A stretch of 63,327 nucleotides of DNA, filler included, from Platydemus manokwari (Eukaryota), in NCBI GenBank assembly GCA_037951405.1. It is 6 parts of 6 records of this genome, joined end to end, with 100 filler letters (N's around TTAATTAATTAA, not from the genome) between each part and the next. Parts side by side here need not be neighbours in the genome. Positions count along the whole stretch, not along the records: positions 29,085 to 42,080 come from JBBMOY011884721.1; positions 42,181 to 54,001 come from JBBMOY010452222.1; 4 more parts are not named here. One strand, given 5' to 3'. The position numbers were made by a program, and so were the translations under genes. This document shows positions 38,520-52,738 of the stretch, piece by piece; the first letter of the stretch is position 1, and each line of letters opens with the position of its first letter. The notes beneath the pieces are model-generated. The model had not been told where the DNA came from and made no database searches. It saw nothing but the letters and a program-made list of their open reading frames with translations.

Positions 38520-39400
38520 AAAATGGGCCAACAATAAATTTGCGAACATCTTCAATTGAATCTGACTGTCAGAGAAAGACAAAAATATCCAATAATGCTT
38601 GTGTTGAGAAGATTTTATAAAAGGTTATCAATTGGATTTTCTAAATGTTTGACATTGATGTGACTGTGATTCTGGTAAAATTATGAAAAATGCCAAGAGA
38701 TAAAATATGAGATTTTGATCGCCGAGAAGCTAAAATTTGTCAGTCAAGTCCTTACGAGTTTGAAATGGTTATCTCTTGTAAAAACTAGTTCTGTAAAATT
38801 TGAATTTGTGTTTTCTTTTATATAGATCGATAATCCATTTTTGAACATACATCGGAACCACATGTAAAGGCCACAGAACAACATGTTGTCTACAGACATC
38901 ACCAGTAACCGAATAAATAAATGTTTTCCATTTTCAATTATCAATTTTTATTTTTATTTATTTTAATTTAATTATTATTTAAATTCACACCCCAACATCA
39001 TCAAGATATTTTTTCAAAACACAGTTGTTGGCTCGGACAACTCCTTTATAATGCTGCATTTCTTTAAAATTACAAAATAAAGATGTTGTGAAAATGTTTT
39101 TCGATGTGCATTACAGAGTTTCAACACCAAGCTCCTATCATAATTTCATAAGGGATTCCACTTTTAATATAAAATGACATCCAATTCATTCACCAATTCA
39201 TTAGCCATTGCATCACGAGGTTCGGCTTGAGCATTTTCTTCAACACATTCATTTGAGTCAAATCTCTTAATCCAAGAAAGTATTGACTTGCTATCAACTG
39301 ATGTGCAGTGAAATACTTCAAATTGTCGAATCACTTCACAGTAGTTTCCTGCTTTATAAATTTATATTATTTCCAATAAAGAGGTGTTCCTTAGTTGTTT
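38520..39400 (-). mobile_element. Heavily decayed Tc1/mariner transposase remnant (rosa/maT-like N-terminal HTH)
   Basis: KAGNYCEVIRQF...VDSKSILSWIKRFDSNECVEE resembles the N-terminal HTH of these transposases. Downstream fragments read YMWF and LLGPFF. Confidence 0.4.
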
Positions 39401-41624
39401 TACATTCCGGGTTGGATGAAATTGAATTGACACACGCTAATGAAACAATCAATAATCAAAAGAATTGCAATATTAAAAGTTGATTGCAATTATCAGAATG
39501 AAAAGAATGTCATTTTTGAAAATTCAATGAATTCCTGAACATTTTGTTCGAAGAGGCTCTGATAAAATAGAATGTTAATAATTTTGGTTTTTAATCGATA
39601 ATAGTTTTCAAATAACTATTCATATTTATTTTCTATTTTCAATCAATATTAAAAGTGAGAATTTTTAATTTTACATTTTAAAATTATCTATAATAATTTT
39701 ATAATTCTTGTTATTAGAATTTCAAATTACTGACCTATCTGACTCTGATTAAATAAATTTCTTTTTCCATGTTCGTTTTATAAACATATTTTTAAAAAGT
39801 TAGAAAAACCTAAAAATGAAAATTTAATAATTTAAATTACAGTCTAATTGCTTTTCTAGTTTTTCCAGATAAGTTTAGAATATTCTTATAATAAAATATA
39901 ATTTAATTAAATTATTTGTCTTCAACTGATTTTTCAATTACCAATCTGGGAGTCTTTGTCAATGATTTGGATGAATCGTTTTATCGTAAAGTATTAATAT
40001 TAATTAATGAATTAATTATCTCATGAATGATTATTAACAATGTCCCGTTTGTTACCAGTGTGAGGTTATCACAGAAATAATTAAATTATTGAGAGATTCA
40101 GTCTCTAATTATCTTTAATAATTTCAAATAATTTATAAATCGCTAATTAATTAGCGTATTTTGACAGTCTAACAATTAGAGATATTCTAATAATTCCAAG
40201 CTCTCGATCACCATTTAACATTCCTGTGATTCGTAAAGCAATCACTCACAATTCCAAATGCTAAAACACCTGCCGACGGGTTTAAAAGACATTTCTATTA
40301 AAAATTATTGCACAAAATACCTTAATAATTGTATTTGTGAATGGGATAACCCTTTGCAATCATACGAGCAAATTAACTTCTCTTTATTCATATAACAATA
40401 GTCCAAAATGTGCTTTCAACATAAAACCAATCGTTTCCTAACATCATCAAATCAGAAACAACCTCCCCCCACCGATAATTGCCATGCATCACACAAAGTA
40501 TCATTAAAATATTACAACGAAATCAACACCAGAATTCAAATTAGTAATTCAGAAAATCAAATGCGAGTAGATTTTCGGATTGGAGAAATATGTTTACACT
40601 CAACAGCAAGTATTTCCAATTCTTACAAAGTGAAAAAAAAACAATTTTCATTTTCTTTGAATTGAGTTTGATATTTTAGAATGATTTATTACATCGGTTT
40701 AATTAAATTGTTTTGTATTCTTATTCTCGTTGTAATGAATTCAATATGTGAGAAACCTTTAGTTAGCTTATCAAGCGTGATAATAGGATTATATTTGATA
40801 AATTTGAGCAGTAAAATAAAATGAGAAATAAATAACTAATTCAATTCGGTTCAGTATGAAATTATATATGGAATATTATTGAAATTATTATTCATCTATT
40901 TTTATTCGTCATGTTTCGATTTTATTTCCATGTAACGTTCTTATTTGTTACACATAAAAAGTTTTCCTTCATTTTTATTATTTTCCTTGTGATCTGATGA
41001 TGATAATTTCATATGACCATTTCAATGGATTGATAAACTCTTTTCAGAAATGATTTTTTTTCTGAACTCGATTTCGGATTTAGGGAAATAGTAACGAAAT
41101 GTGTTGATTTTTCAATAGCAGATAAAAGGGCAAATCATAATTTTGATTTAAATTTTATAATTTTTCCCATTTATTGATAAATGAGAGCTTACTGGAATTT
41201 GTTTTTTCAAAAATTCTGCACGAAACCTTAATACAATTTTGAGGATTTTAAAATTTCGATATTGGATTCTAAAATAAATAATTTTGATAAAATATATTTT
41301 AAAATCACAATAATTTGATAAAAATTCTAAAAATCGTTTTCAGTCCGAATCCAGTGGAATGGTAGCTGTTGGCATGGGGACAATGCATTTGAATTTTATT
41401 CTGACAAATTCATTATTAAAAAAGGCCATGAAAGATATAATATTGAAGATAAAGAGAATAAGGGGCTAAAATTGAATTTATATTCAAGGAATGTAAAAGA
41501 AATCCAAGTTTTTAATAGAATAAAATCTAATATAAATTTTTTAAGAATTATAATTGGTTTAAATATTTCAGTGAAATGCATTTTTTAACTCGAATTTAAT
41601 GTCATAGAAGAAGCTATTAGTAAC

Positions 41625-41936
41625 TGTTAGCCGCTACTATATTAAAAAACACACATTAAAAACGAATTGAAAAGTCATCACATTACAAATTTGAATTAAA
41701 TTTGAACTAAAACTTTAATTCAATTAAAATGTCTCACATCCCCTTGTCTTTAAAATCTTTGATTGTCTTGATTGTCTCTTTATCGAACACTCTACTTATT
41801 ACTTTACATGAAAACTCCAATTCTTCTATTTTTTTTAAATATCCTGTTTAATATCTTCTTTATATCTTCTTGTATGTCTCCATTTTATCGTTTATACAAC
41901 TTCCTTGTACATCTTCCTTAAATCTTCTGTATATCA
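41625..41936 (-). mobile_element. 5'-truncated TRIM-like copy: internal region + PPT + 3' LTR (41738-41625)
   Basis: Minus strand AAGACAAGGGGA|TGTGAGACATTTT...ATAGTAGCGGCTAACA. The internal part aligns with 20400-20570. Confidence 0.8.
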
Positions 41937-42180
41937 GGTGTACCGGTATTAAATGAGCGTTAAGATACAAATATGTTGGTAGGGAAGATTTGTTGTGAAC
42001 AAACCTTAATTTTTATTCTGTTTGGTTGGAATGACATAATCAATAACCTTATCAATAACCTTACATTATATAATAACCACNNNNNNNNNNNNNNNNNNNN
42101 NNNNNNNNNNNNNNNNNNNNNNNNTTAATTAATTAANNNNNNNNNNNNNNNNNNNNNNNNNNNNNNNNNNNNNNNNNNNN

Positions 42181-42231
<51 letters not shown>

Positions 42232-44784
42232 GTTGATAATAATTTCCTAAAATTACACTGCAATGAAATATATATTTGTGCACGCCCATATTCGAAATCT
42301 CATTAGGATTATTATAAGTAGAGTCATAAAAATGGTAACACGCATGGTCTACTACTTATATAGATTATTTAATCAAAGGAATGTCCGTCTACTTGAATAA
42401 TAAATGGCAAGTACTTCTTAAATTAGAAAATCATGATTTCAAATGCTTTGTCCCAATAAATGAATTTAATATTGCTTAACCAAATTCTGATCCATGTCAT
42501 TAACAGTTGTAATTCCAATTCCCTGAAAGCGACTTCAAAATCAAAACATCTAGTGATTCATTACTTACAACTCATGGGAATTTATTAACTAAATTAGACA
42601 CAATCATGTATAAAATGTTGTTATCATATAGATTTATTAAAATTCCTGATAAGTCCAAAAGACCGCTATATTCTCTTAAATAATATGTAAATCCTAAAGA
42701 TTTGGACGTTAGCTAAATTTTAATGGAATCCGATCTTCTTATTGACCTTCATTTGATACTTATCGCAAACGTCTTTTATTCAACTAAATATGAACATTCT
42801 TAATAAATATCCCTTATGATTGAAAGCTACATCAAATCTGATCGATCTCATTGTATAAATGTCAATAACGGATATCTTATTGTAAAACACTGTACAAGAC
42901 TTTTATCAGCCTTCTTGATATTCATTTGACTATATTGGTTAAAGAAAGCCACATTCTAAAAAATGATGTAAGAGTCGAACAAAAACTTATTAGCTTTTAT
43001 GATCAGTGCAATCTTTGAATATCTAAACGAATTCTCAACCAACCTAATCTATAAATCTGAAAGTCAAACATAGGTGTCCAGTCTATCGAATAAATAACTT
43101 GTTATGGATTTGCTATTTGTTCCAAAATTAATGCTTCTTCAATACTAGATGCAATAGACTTACAGTGTATTTCAATTGGGCACTTTTTGAAAACATTACT
43201 AAAGGATTTTATTCAATGACATTGCTCTTCTCTTCTAACACCAGGGCATACATTTTCGTGTCTGAGTACAAATAATGCTTTCCTTGGATGTTTTCTCTCT
43301 TCATCTCCAATCAGCTGATTAACCCCCATGAATTCACTAATTAAAACAATCACCTATCCGAGATTTACTTTATCTTGCGAAATTCTAAGCAATACAAAAA
43401 CAAAGTTTTTTCTACACAATGTGAAATATAAGTTTATTTATCCAGATCTTCGCTCTTTCTCCTCAATTCAATACCACTTATTTTCATTATGCTTAATACT
43501 CACGTTGGACCTTAACAGTTTATCTGCCAAATAATCACAAAAATGACCAAAAGATACTCGAAACATATTGTGGCTTAAATTCTACAGATCATGAATTTTA
43601 CTTTCCGGTAAAAAGAACCCAGTTCAATGTCTTTAACTGATTCGGAGACACTTTGGCTTTTATAACTTTTATAGGGAAGAGTGAGAATCGAAATAATCCA
43701 ACCCATCTCACGTCAAATGACGTCGATATTGTCCTCGTATTGACTGATGTCAACAACAAAATACTAGTAGTTATGAACTTATTGATAAAGACTTTCGATG
43801 AATACAAATCCTTGAATATATTTTATGGAAATAATAAGTGAGAAGCCCCTTGTAATATTAAATCATGTGGTTTCGTATTATGAATAGGCCCCTATATTGA
43901 TTTAAAACCGCTGAATTCCAATTGTACGTTAACAAAATCATTGCGAAAGGAAATTTTATATTTAACATACAAGTTCTTTTCTTAAATTAAAATCCCCAAA
44001 ATTAAAATCCCCAATATTAAAACTAAATTTATTACAAAATTAAACTCCATAGCGAATGGTAAAAGCTTGTGGAATATCTATCCCCGGGAATTTTATAATA
44101 TATTCTCACCTGCTCAGTGGTAACGGATCTGTGAGTTAACTCATAAAATCTTTAAGTTGACAAAATTTGTAATAAAAATTCTGTTTTTCTTCTCTCTAAA
44201 TTATCGATTATATACTGATATTTTTATGGCATACATATTAAATTCATTCAATTTTGGCTATTATTTAGTTAAAATAAATTCTAAAAATTCAACTTTTCTA
44301 ATATCCATTCTATTAATTGAACGGATCTTTCCTCTTCCACAAAAATCATTAAGCAACATGATATTGATGAGAATATTCACGATTATAGTTAGCATATTAA
44401 ATCAATGCCGAATTTTTTAATTTTATAATGGTCTTGATGGATTTCGATTATGGTTTGGTAAAGTTCCAAATCAAATCATAATCAAACCGAGTACTTTATC
44501 ATAGAATAAACATACGGGTCCATCATTTACCAATATTTCTATATTTGTCTTCCAATAAATATTAAAAAAAAAATAAAAATGAATTTTAACGAGAATCTTC
44601 AAAGTTGGTTGTACTCCTTTATTACCAATAATAATCCTACATCATCAAACCCCAGACAAAAGTACCATGTTATATATATAATATTTCACAAAATCTCTAA
44701 AGTAAATTAAACGTTAAAAATATTTTACCGTTTGCGTTGTCCAATCTTAATCTAAAGGTATTTTATATTCGTTCAACAATCTGT

Positions 44785-45723
44785 CTATCTACCAAACAGG
44801 CTCGATTTGGAGCTACTTCTACTGATACAAGATCCACTGTCATTGAGATCAAAATTGGGATTATCTGAATCGCAAAATACCGGCTGACATTGGCCGGTAT
44901 TGTGACATGTGGTCAGAAAGATGCAAGCCATTTCTTCGCTCAGATTTTCCCAGTTCGGATTCAACAACAGAATGCCTTTTCTTATATTACTCAGAATATA
45001 ATGAGGTTTTTCAATGCAATAATATAGAGACGATCTCAAAAGCAATTTCTTCAGATTATCAGCCTTGGGAATTGCTTTAAGACCACTTTCGTGGAAAAAA
45101 TTCATCAGGCCAGATTCTATTTCTGGCGTGAAAGATTTCGATTGGAAAAAAGATCTTGAATGAATGAATAGGAGTGCCTCTTCGACAATTTCTTTATAAT
45201 CTTCATCAATTGACTTCAAATAAGCATCTAGAAGAAGCTTTTCAGATGGAATTTTACCAGTTAGGCAATATACTAAACTGGCTTTACAAATACCATATAA
45301 CGGTAAATATCCACTTAAGTAAAAGCCGTGAGCGATTATCTTCCCTAGACCAATAGCATCTTCACATGTAAGATATTCTCCATTGATATCCATTCGCGGA
45401 ACGAAGCTTCCGTTTTTACCAATAAAATATTTTTCAAAAGCAAATTGCCAAAATGTCATAAACATATCGACTGTTGATTTCTTTTCGACTTGTTTATTGC
45501 TGTATATAAAGTAGACATTCATCGGACAGTCTTGGAAACCTTCGGATGAATAATAGCTGATAACTTGATCGACGAAATTGGAATAATTGATGTAGAGAGT
45601 TTTATAAGGAACTGTTGGTGAAGTAGGAGATGTTTGATACAATAAACTACGCCTGTCTAATGATCTTAACGGGCTTGCCAGATGCAAGCTATTTCTCGTC
45701 GAAAAACTTAGTCTCCTAAACAT
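44785..45723 (-). CDS. Intronless 312-aa protein with a HECT N-lobe-like (G2E3-like) region; no clear C-lobe
   Basis: Long ORF with raised GC. The pattern MFMTFWQ..FEKYFIG...FVP...GLGKIIAHGFYLSGYLP...ASLVYCLTG...EKPHYILSNIRKG resembles HECT N-lobes. Confidence 0.65.
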   Translation of the reverse strand: MFRRLSFSTRNSLHLASPLRSLDRRSLLYQTSPTSPTVPYKTLYINYSNFVDQVISYYSSEGFQDCPMNVYFIYSNKQVEKKSTVDMFMTFWQFAFEKYFIGKNGSFVPRMDINGEYLTCEDAIGLGKIIAHGFYLSGYLPLYGICKASLVYCLTGKIPSEKLLLDAYLKSIDEDYKEIVEEALLFIHSRSFFQSKSFTPEIESGLMNFFHESGLKAIPKADNLKKLLLRSSLYYCIEKPHYILSNIRKGILLLNPNWENLSEEMACIFLTTCHNTGQCQPVFCDSDNPNFDLNDSGSCISRSSSKSSLFGR

Positions 45724-48700
45724 TTAATTTCTTAATAAAAGAATTAGTAGAGATATTTATATTTTATACTATTTATATCTGCAGATCTTATACTTATAAA
45801 TAAGCAATTAGAAGCTCTGGTTATTTAAAATCGATATTTTTGGAATTACATGTGAACCCTAAACCCATTTAATACCAGCTGCTATGTCTAGATTTTTTCA
45901 TAAATAGTTGGTGTGTATTGGCATAAATAATTCTACGATTTGCTATTAGAATTGTGTCTTCAATTATTATTTGAACAATTGATTGTAGGAGTAAGAGAAG
46001 ACTAAAAATAGAATGTTGAGGAAATTTTATTTGTATTAATAAATTTGAAAGAAAAAATATCGAAATAAATATCTTTTTTCTCATTTGGTCCTCAGTTTAA
46101 ATTATTTAAGACATTCAATATACGACAAACTAATACATGTAAATGGTTATGACAAAGTTACCAACAAACTCTGAGAAGAGATTTATTATTGCAACTGATC
46201 CTAATGAGTTCATTTCAAATAACATAGTAATCATCCAGATTACAGGTGATACGATTATATTTTAATAATTTTTTCAATATCCAATAAATTTTTTGCATTA
46301 TAAACTTATTAGATTTCAAATAAAAGTACTCATCGCCTTCGATTGCAATGATGCCAGTATAATTTTCAATTTTGCTGGTGTTAGTAACTACTATTGAGTA
46401 CCCATTGAAAACGAATTTAGAAGTTCAACCTATGAAAGTATGAAGATATTCTATTAAATTAATTTGATCATTTATAGTTTTTTAGTGAAAAAATCTATTT
46501 TCTATTTAAAATGATCATTTAAATATTAATTGATTTTATGAGATCGATCATGATATTACTATCGAAAAATTTAATGACTTCCTTAGGCATCTACCAAATG
46601 CAATATCAAAACCGTTGAATACACTTTTATTGATATAGAAATTACGATTGTAACACTTAACAACAAATTGATTTTTCAATACTGATAAATACCAAAACAA
46701 TAAAGTTTTTCTTACAGCTTCTTTAAGGTGGCAGTTAAAATTTCCACTCGGAATAAAACCGAGACACCCAGTGAATAATTACAATTCACGATTATTATAA
46801 ATATGGCAATATGCGACATTATAAATACATTATCTGCTGTAGATATTATAGCAGAATACTGGGAATATAGATATTAAGGATCCCCAATGCAATTGTCCAT
46901 TTATCTCGATGTTGGCTGTTGTCGAACTTTCACTGCTGTCAACCGTATCCTAATTTCGTACATGAAAAATGTGCATTTAAGAAATGTGACTGCTGCCTCT
47001 TATAAGCATCGATGAGTAACTCGTAACAATTCGCTTAATTTATTTATTGTCTAATGCATTGTAATGTTTGTTTCAGAAAGAAATTCTCTGCGATTAAATT
47101 TATGACTATTTTATTCTATAATTATTTATTCTGCATAATTACTTTATTCTGTCTTTATTTATTGTTCATAATAATAAGTGACAATTTATTTATTAATGTT
47201 ATTGCGTGATAATATATAGGTAGTTATTTGTTAATATTATTTTATTTATAAATTTATTATAAGGGAAAATTTTAATAAGGTTTTTCAAACACTATTAAGT
47301 AATATCATTTTAATATTAAATAGAACTTAAATAGGTTAGCTTATTATTATTTTGGATTTAATTTATATCATATATTTTATATCAACCTCAAAGCTTCTAA
47401 AATTTACATGATAATGTTGAAAATTATATCATACTTTTATATATCTAATAATACACAAATCGATATACAACTATTGCCAAATTATTGTCTTTCAAATTGT
47501 TGATAACCCCAAGAACCAACATTATAAATCCATATTAAATTCATATTCATAAATTGCAATGAATTATAATTGCTAATAGTACAAGATTTTATTAGTTGAA
47601 ATCGTTGAAGCACATGTTTGTTTCAGTTGATTTATATTTCTTTCACCTGACTCTGTAAATTGACAGATTTAAATATCGACTGTACCATACATGCTATTGA
47701 TAATGTCATTCCGTTGATTGACAGATGGTTTTGGGAATTAGATTTGGAAACAGTTTAAAAAGAAAAACCAACATAAATTAAGTGTAAAGCAACAATTAGT
47801 GATATCAATAATTTGTGAGGGAATTCACAATTTTTTTGACTTTTAGAATTGAACAATAATAAATTCAACCTTTTCTGAAAATCCATAGGTTATTATAATT
47901 ATAAACTTTCGTTTAATTTTTATTAATATTATCGCAACAAAACGCAATCCCAAAATAATGACTTTGTATTTAGTATTTTGAAATTCTACATTTTAGTTTG
48001 GGAATATTCTCAGTTTCTACCTTTTTTGGAAAAATATTGTTGGATTGAGGTATGAGACATTTGTTGTTTATATTGAACTCAACAGCGCGAGGTCCTTAAT
48101 AATAATTTTATAACTGATTTCTCAAACTAAATAGCAAACAATTATATAAAAACTTTTATTTATACTATTAAAAATTGATTGTATAACAAAGTAAAAAATT
48201 AACTTAAATCAAATTTAATTCACACTAAATCTTATTAACAAATGGGTTAAGTGATCACACTGAGAACGTGACAACTTTATGCTATGTTCTATGAAATTTG
48301 GAATAGATTTCATTAAATTAAATACGAAGATGAGATTCTTCAGAATGATAAAAATTTAGAATATTTTTGTTTGTTGTTAAACCGTAAAACTTGGATCTCT
48401 AGCTAGAATTTTTAATTCGAAATTTTTAAGAGTGAATTATGATAGAAATTCATCAGCTCATATAAATGTTGAGATTCATTACTTTGAAAGTAGGATTTTC
48501 CATCACTTTTGTAAATTTTAAACATTTTGTTTTACTTTGTTCCTTAATTATTCATTACTTTAAAAGTACCTTAACCTTAAAATTTCAAATATTTGGTTGA
48601 AATTATAAAATTTACTGTATAAATTGTCAACCTTTAAAATTATTAATTATATTTTTTTATTGTCTTACTTATTTTTGATTTATAAACAATAATATATATT

Positions 48701-51007
48701 TTATTGAAATATTTTAATACATAAATAATCATGTATTTACAGATTTAATTTCACACAATAGATAATCAGACTTTATACAAAATTCATAAAATTATTATCA
48801 ATTATCACATTGAAATCCAATGTCAATAAATTGTCTAAGTTATCAAATCACAGTAAATTATCAAAAGAAAAAATGAGATAATTCTGGATTCTTGAATGAA
48901 TTGAAACTCTTGTTAAATATCCGACATCCAAATCCCCATTTCAGTTTCTCATACTCCATGTTTCCATTTGTTGGTTTAGTTTAATTGGTGCGATTGATTT
49001 TTCAGTTTAATGGGCGGCGTTGTAGGTTTTTTAAATTCATCGAATGTGGGTCATTTGTGTGTTGTTGAGGATTGGTATGGTGTTGCTTTGTGTTTTTCCC
49101 TTGCTATTCTGATCTTCAATTTACCATTTGAACTGATTGTAACGATATCATTTTCTTCCTTGCTCACATCACTACTTGAGTAGGGCACTAACCGGTCGAT
49201 GCTTTCGCCACAATATCAAGTTTCCTTTTGTTGTGAATTTTATCGCTTAGAAAATTATAAAACCGCTATCAAATAAAACCGAATAATTATGATTAGTAGT
49301 TTGTAAACTTTAATTATGTAATTATTAAAATAAAACTAATCGATAATATATGAGTAAAAAATTATTTATAATGATTAGCTAAATACTGGTAGCAGTGGTA
49401 TCTTAACATTAAAAATAATTAATTTAGCATAAGTAACAATTGATGAGTATTATACTGGAAGAAGTGAATTCAAAATAACCATTTTAAATCATAAATTTTG
49501 CTTATTTTAAAAGAGATAGTAAAGTGTAAGTAGATCAAACAATTTCAAAGTCACCAATCTTGTGTTTGAATAATTTAGTTAAATTGTTTGTAAAATATCA
49601 AGTTGTGATAATCATGATAAAAATTATTTAATGGAAACAGAATTCAATTTTAAAACGTTGTTTAATTATTATTTAAATTAAAATTATATTGTTGTTTTAA
49701 ATTTTCTAATTTTCAAAATAATTCGTTTTAGATTTTATCATTTGTCTAGATCTAGACATATTAATGCTATATTATTGGATTAAACTTAATTCAGATTGTA
49801 AATTTATTTTATGAAATCAAAATGATCGTTGTTTTGCTTTCATTGAATTTTTAATATATTTTTTGATTTGTAATTTGATATCTTGTTATAGTATCAGACA
49901 GCCAAATGGTTTTTTATAAAAATTGATTTCACTGTAGTGTTTAAAAGTATAGTTTTAATGAAATTTGTCTTTCAAATATTTAATTATTGTATACATGCTT
50001 TATTTTATGCTTTTTGGAATGTGATTTAAACCATATAAATGTCTCATTTTTGTAAACAGAATATGATTCGATTTTAGAGACATATTGATAGTAATATTAT
50101 ATTTTAGATAATTATAATTGAAGAAATCTATTTTACTAACTGCAATTGTTAAATTATCTTGTTTTTTTAATTATTAGTTTCTTCAGTCGTTATTAAGGGA
50201 GTATTTCTAACTCAAGGAACGCTCAAGTGTTTTTTATTAAATAATTTGCTATTCTTAAATTTTGTAAATTTAAGAAACTAGGTATATTTTTGTTTGATTT
50301 TCATAAAACTGATTTTTAAAGTTAACTTTTTACTATGGCTATGTAGCCAAGGTAAAGTACGTGTTACTATGTCACATTAAAATAACCCAATTTTTTGGAA
50401 CAATTTAAATTTAGTAATTTGGACTATTTTGACTTTATTTTAAAATGTGTTCACTTCGAACTTATTATATTTATTGTAGTATAAATATATGTTAATTTGA
50501 ATTATAATTTTTATACAGTTCAAACGAATCATCGGGTGCTAAGTTTGTTGTCACATCATGTTTATTATAAAATACTTGACTTAAACAATGCGTTTCAGGT
50601 AGTATAATTTTTGTTACAAATAATGGAAAATATTTATTGACACCTCTATACTAATAGCGTTTAGGATCAACTCTTAATTTTTACAATAACAGCAATATTT
50701 GTTGATTTTAAATAACTGGTTGCGTGACATGAATTATTAATTTTCAGTTAATGAAGGCAGACTCAATTTTTACGGAAGGAAGCGTTGAAGTGTGTTTGTG
50801 TTGTCAAAGGGATTAAACAATTGATGTAGATCTCAACATAAGTTTCATTTAAATGATCAATTAGGTTTTTATACGATGGTTAAATTCTTATAATCCATTA
50901 AAGCGACATATATTTTGGTTATCAATGAATTATAATCAAATAATATGTATTTTGTGATTAGAGGTAAAGAAACTATTATATTAAAACTCTGCGAAGCGAA
51001 GAGTAAT

Positions 51008-51134
51008 TGTAAGTCACTAATATTTAATAAATTCACCATTTAAAACAACTTAAAAAATCACGGCTCTAAACTTTAGTTAAATGACATTGAAATAAATTAA
51101 TATTTTATTAATTTAATTAATATGAATCCTCGCA
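51008..51134 (-). mobile_element. Degenerate solo LTR of the TRIM-like family
   Basis: Plus strand TGTAAGTCACTAATATTTAATAAATTCACC...AAAATCACGGC...GAATCCTCGCA matches both family termini. Confidence 0.6.
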
Positions 51135-51142
51135 ATACTTAT

Positions 51143-51310
51143 TGTGAAATATTTTAAATGGAACAAATTTTTAATTCTAATTTTATATAAAATCATATTC
51201 ATATAAAATTAAATTTATTTGTTAAAATATTTGTATTTAAATAGATTTTTGGTGTCTTGAATTTTCAGTTCGTTTTTAACGCGTGGTTTTTAAATTAGTA
51301 GTGCCTAACA
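51143..51310 (+). mobile_element. Solo LTR (168 bp) with 5-bp TSD CTTAT
   Basis: CTTAT|TGTGAAATATTTTAAATG...TTTTCAGTTCGTTTTTAACGCGTGGTTTTTAAATTAGTAGTGCCTAACA|CTTAT. Confidence 0.85.
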
Positions 51311-52738
51311 CTTATAATGGGAATTTTTTAAAGCTTTATTTTCTAATATTAATTAAGCATGGAACGCTATAACTATTATTTTTCGAATTTAATCACAACA
51401 ATCCAATTATAAATTTACTGAAAATTATTTCAGCTGTAAAATTATATCTCATATTTTTATTACAGCAGAACTCGGTTAATTTTGATACAATTAATATCAT
51501 TACAATGGAATAGAATTTCACTATTTAATGTTTGTTTTATTAACGAGTTATTTCGTTTAAATTCGATACCAAATTTTTAACGTTACTTGATAAAAATATT
51601 CCGACGAAATATAGCACAGACTTTATTTAGAGAAAGATGTTTTTCTATAATAGATAGCGTTAATCATTCAATGGTTATGGGGTATTTCTTAATATCACTA
51701 GTTTCATTAAATTATAAACTAAAATACTACTTCTTATTTATATTTATCTTTTATTGATATTTACACTATTAAGAAAGATTTCGAAATTGTTGAACGAAAT
51801 CTGGACAGTTTAAACTTATCTGTGAAAGCTCAATGATACAAACACAATAGAAATATTAACATTTTCATAATTCATTCTGTAAAAATAATATATTACTCAC
51901 AAATGGATAGATTATCTGTCTCGTTTCAGAATTTTGAGAATTCAAAGAATACTCTCTTATTCCAAAATGGCAAGAAGAATGTTAATTGGGATAAAATTGA
52001 TAATAGGAAACGGGCTTACTATTGTAGCAAATTTCAAGTGAAAAACCGTAAAAATAGATACAAAAAATGAAATAAATCGAATAGAAAAACCGATAAACTG
52101 TACTACTGATCGATACCCAATAAATACAAAGATAACGTAAGTTCATTTAATCGAAATCTAACGACTAAGGTTGCAATCCCTGTATCTATTGACAACAAAA
52201 GATTCCGGGTAAAAAATGTAGATCACTTCTGTGATTGACATGACCTTTTGTTTATTTTTCTTCATTAAAGAATTACTTACTTTTATTTTAAAATATTTCT
52301 TAATAATACAAGTGACACTAAATGATAGATAAAAAATACAGAAAGATAATTTTAATTTATCTGAAAATTTAACGATAATATAAACAATTCTGTAAAAATA
52401 AATATGATTATAACAATTTATTCACTATTTTAGTTATATATAAAAGGTAGTAGAAAGTTATATTATATATGATCATTTGAATCAAATTATTTATAGAGAT
52501 GTCTAAATTCATTAGTTTTCAAGAATATAATTAAATAAATTCTTTGTTCCGACATTATGGTTGTTTACTTTGTTGATGTAGTTCTATTTCGATTGAACTA
52601 CCTACGCATTCAGGCCTACTGATATTTCAATTTTGAAGCCCTTCGTTACACTTTGCACGTTTCATTTGATTCATAATAAAAAAAAATTTTTGAGTAGAAA
52701 ATTTCATGACAATTGATTTTAAAAATCGTTCGATCATA

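Noticed and set aside
42280-43900. Possible ancient LINE endonuclease/RT on the minus strand
   Set aside because: Only faint fragments; no recognisable YADD or QG motif.
46149-46440. Cadherin-like fragments (IIATDPNE, DCND)
   Set aside because: Exon phases are incompatible and stops are present; the motifs are too short to support a call.
49170-49225. Degenerate gag zinc knuckle (YCGE.H...CP) on the minus strand
   Set aside because: Requires multiple frameshifts and stops; no flanking LTR or pol found.
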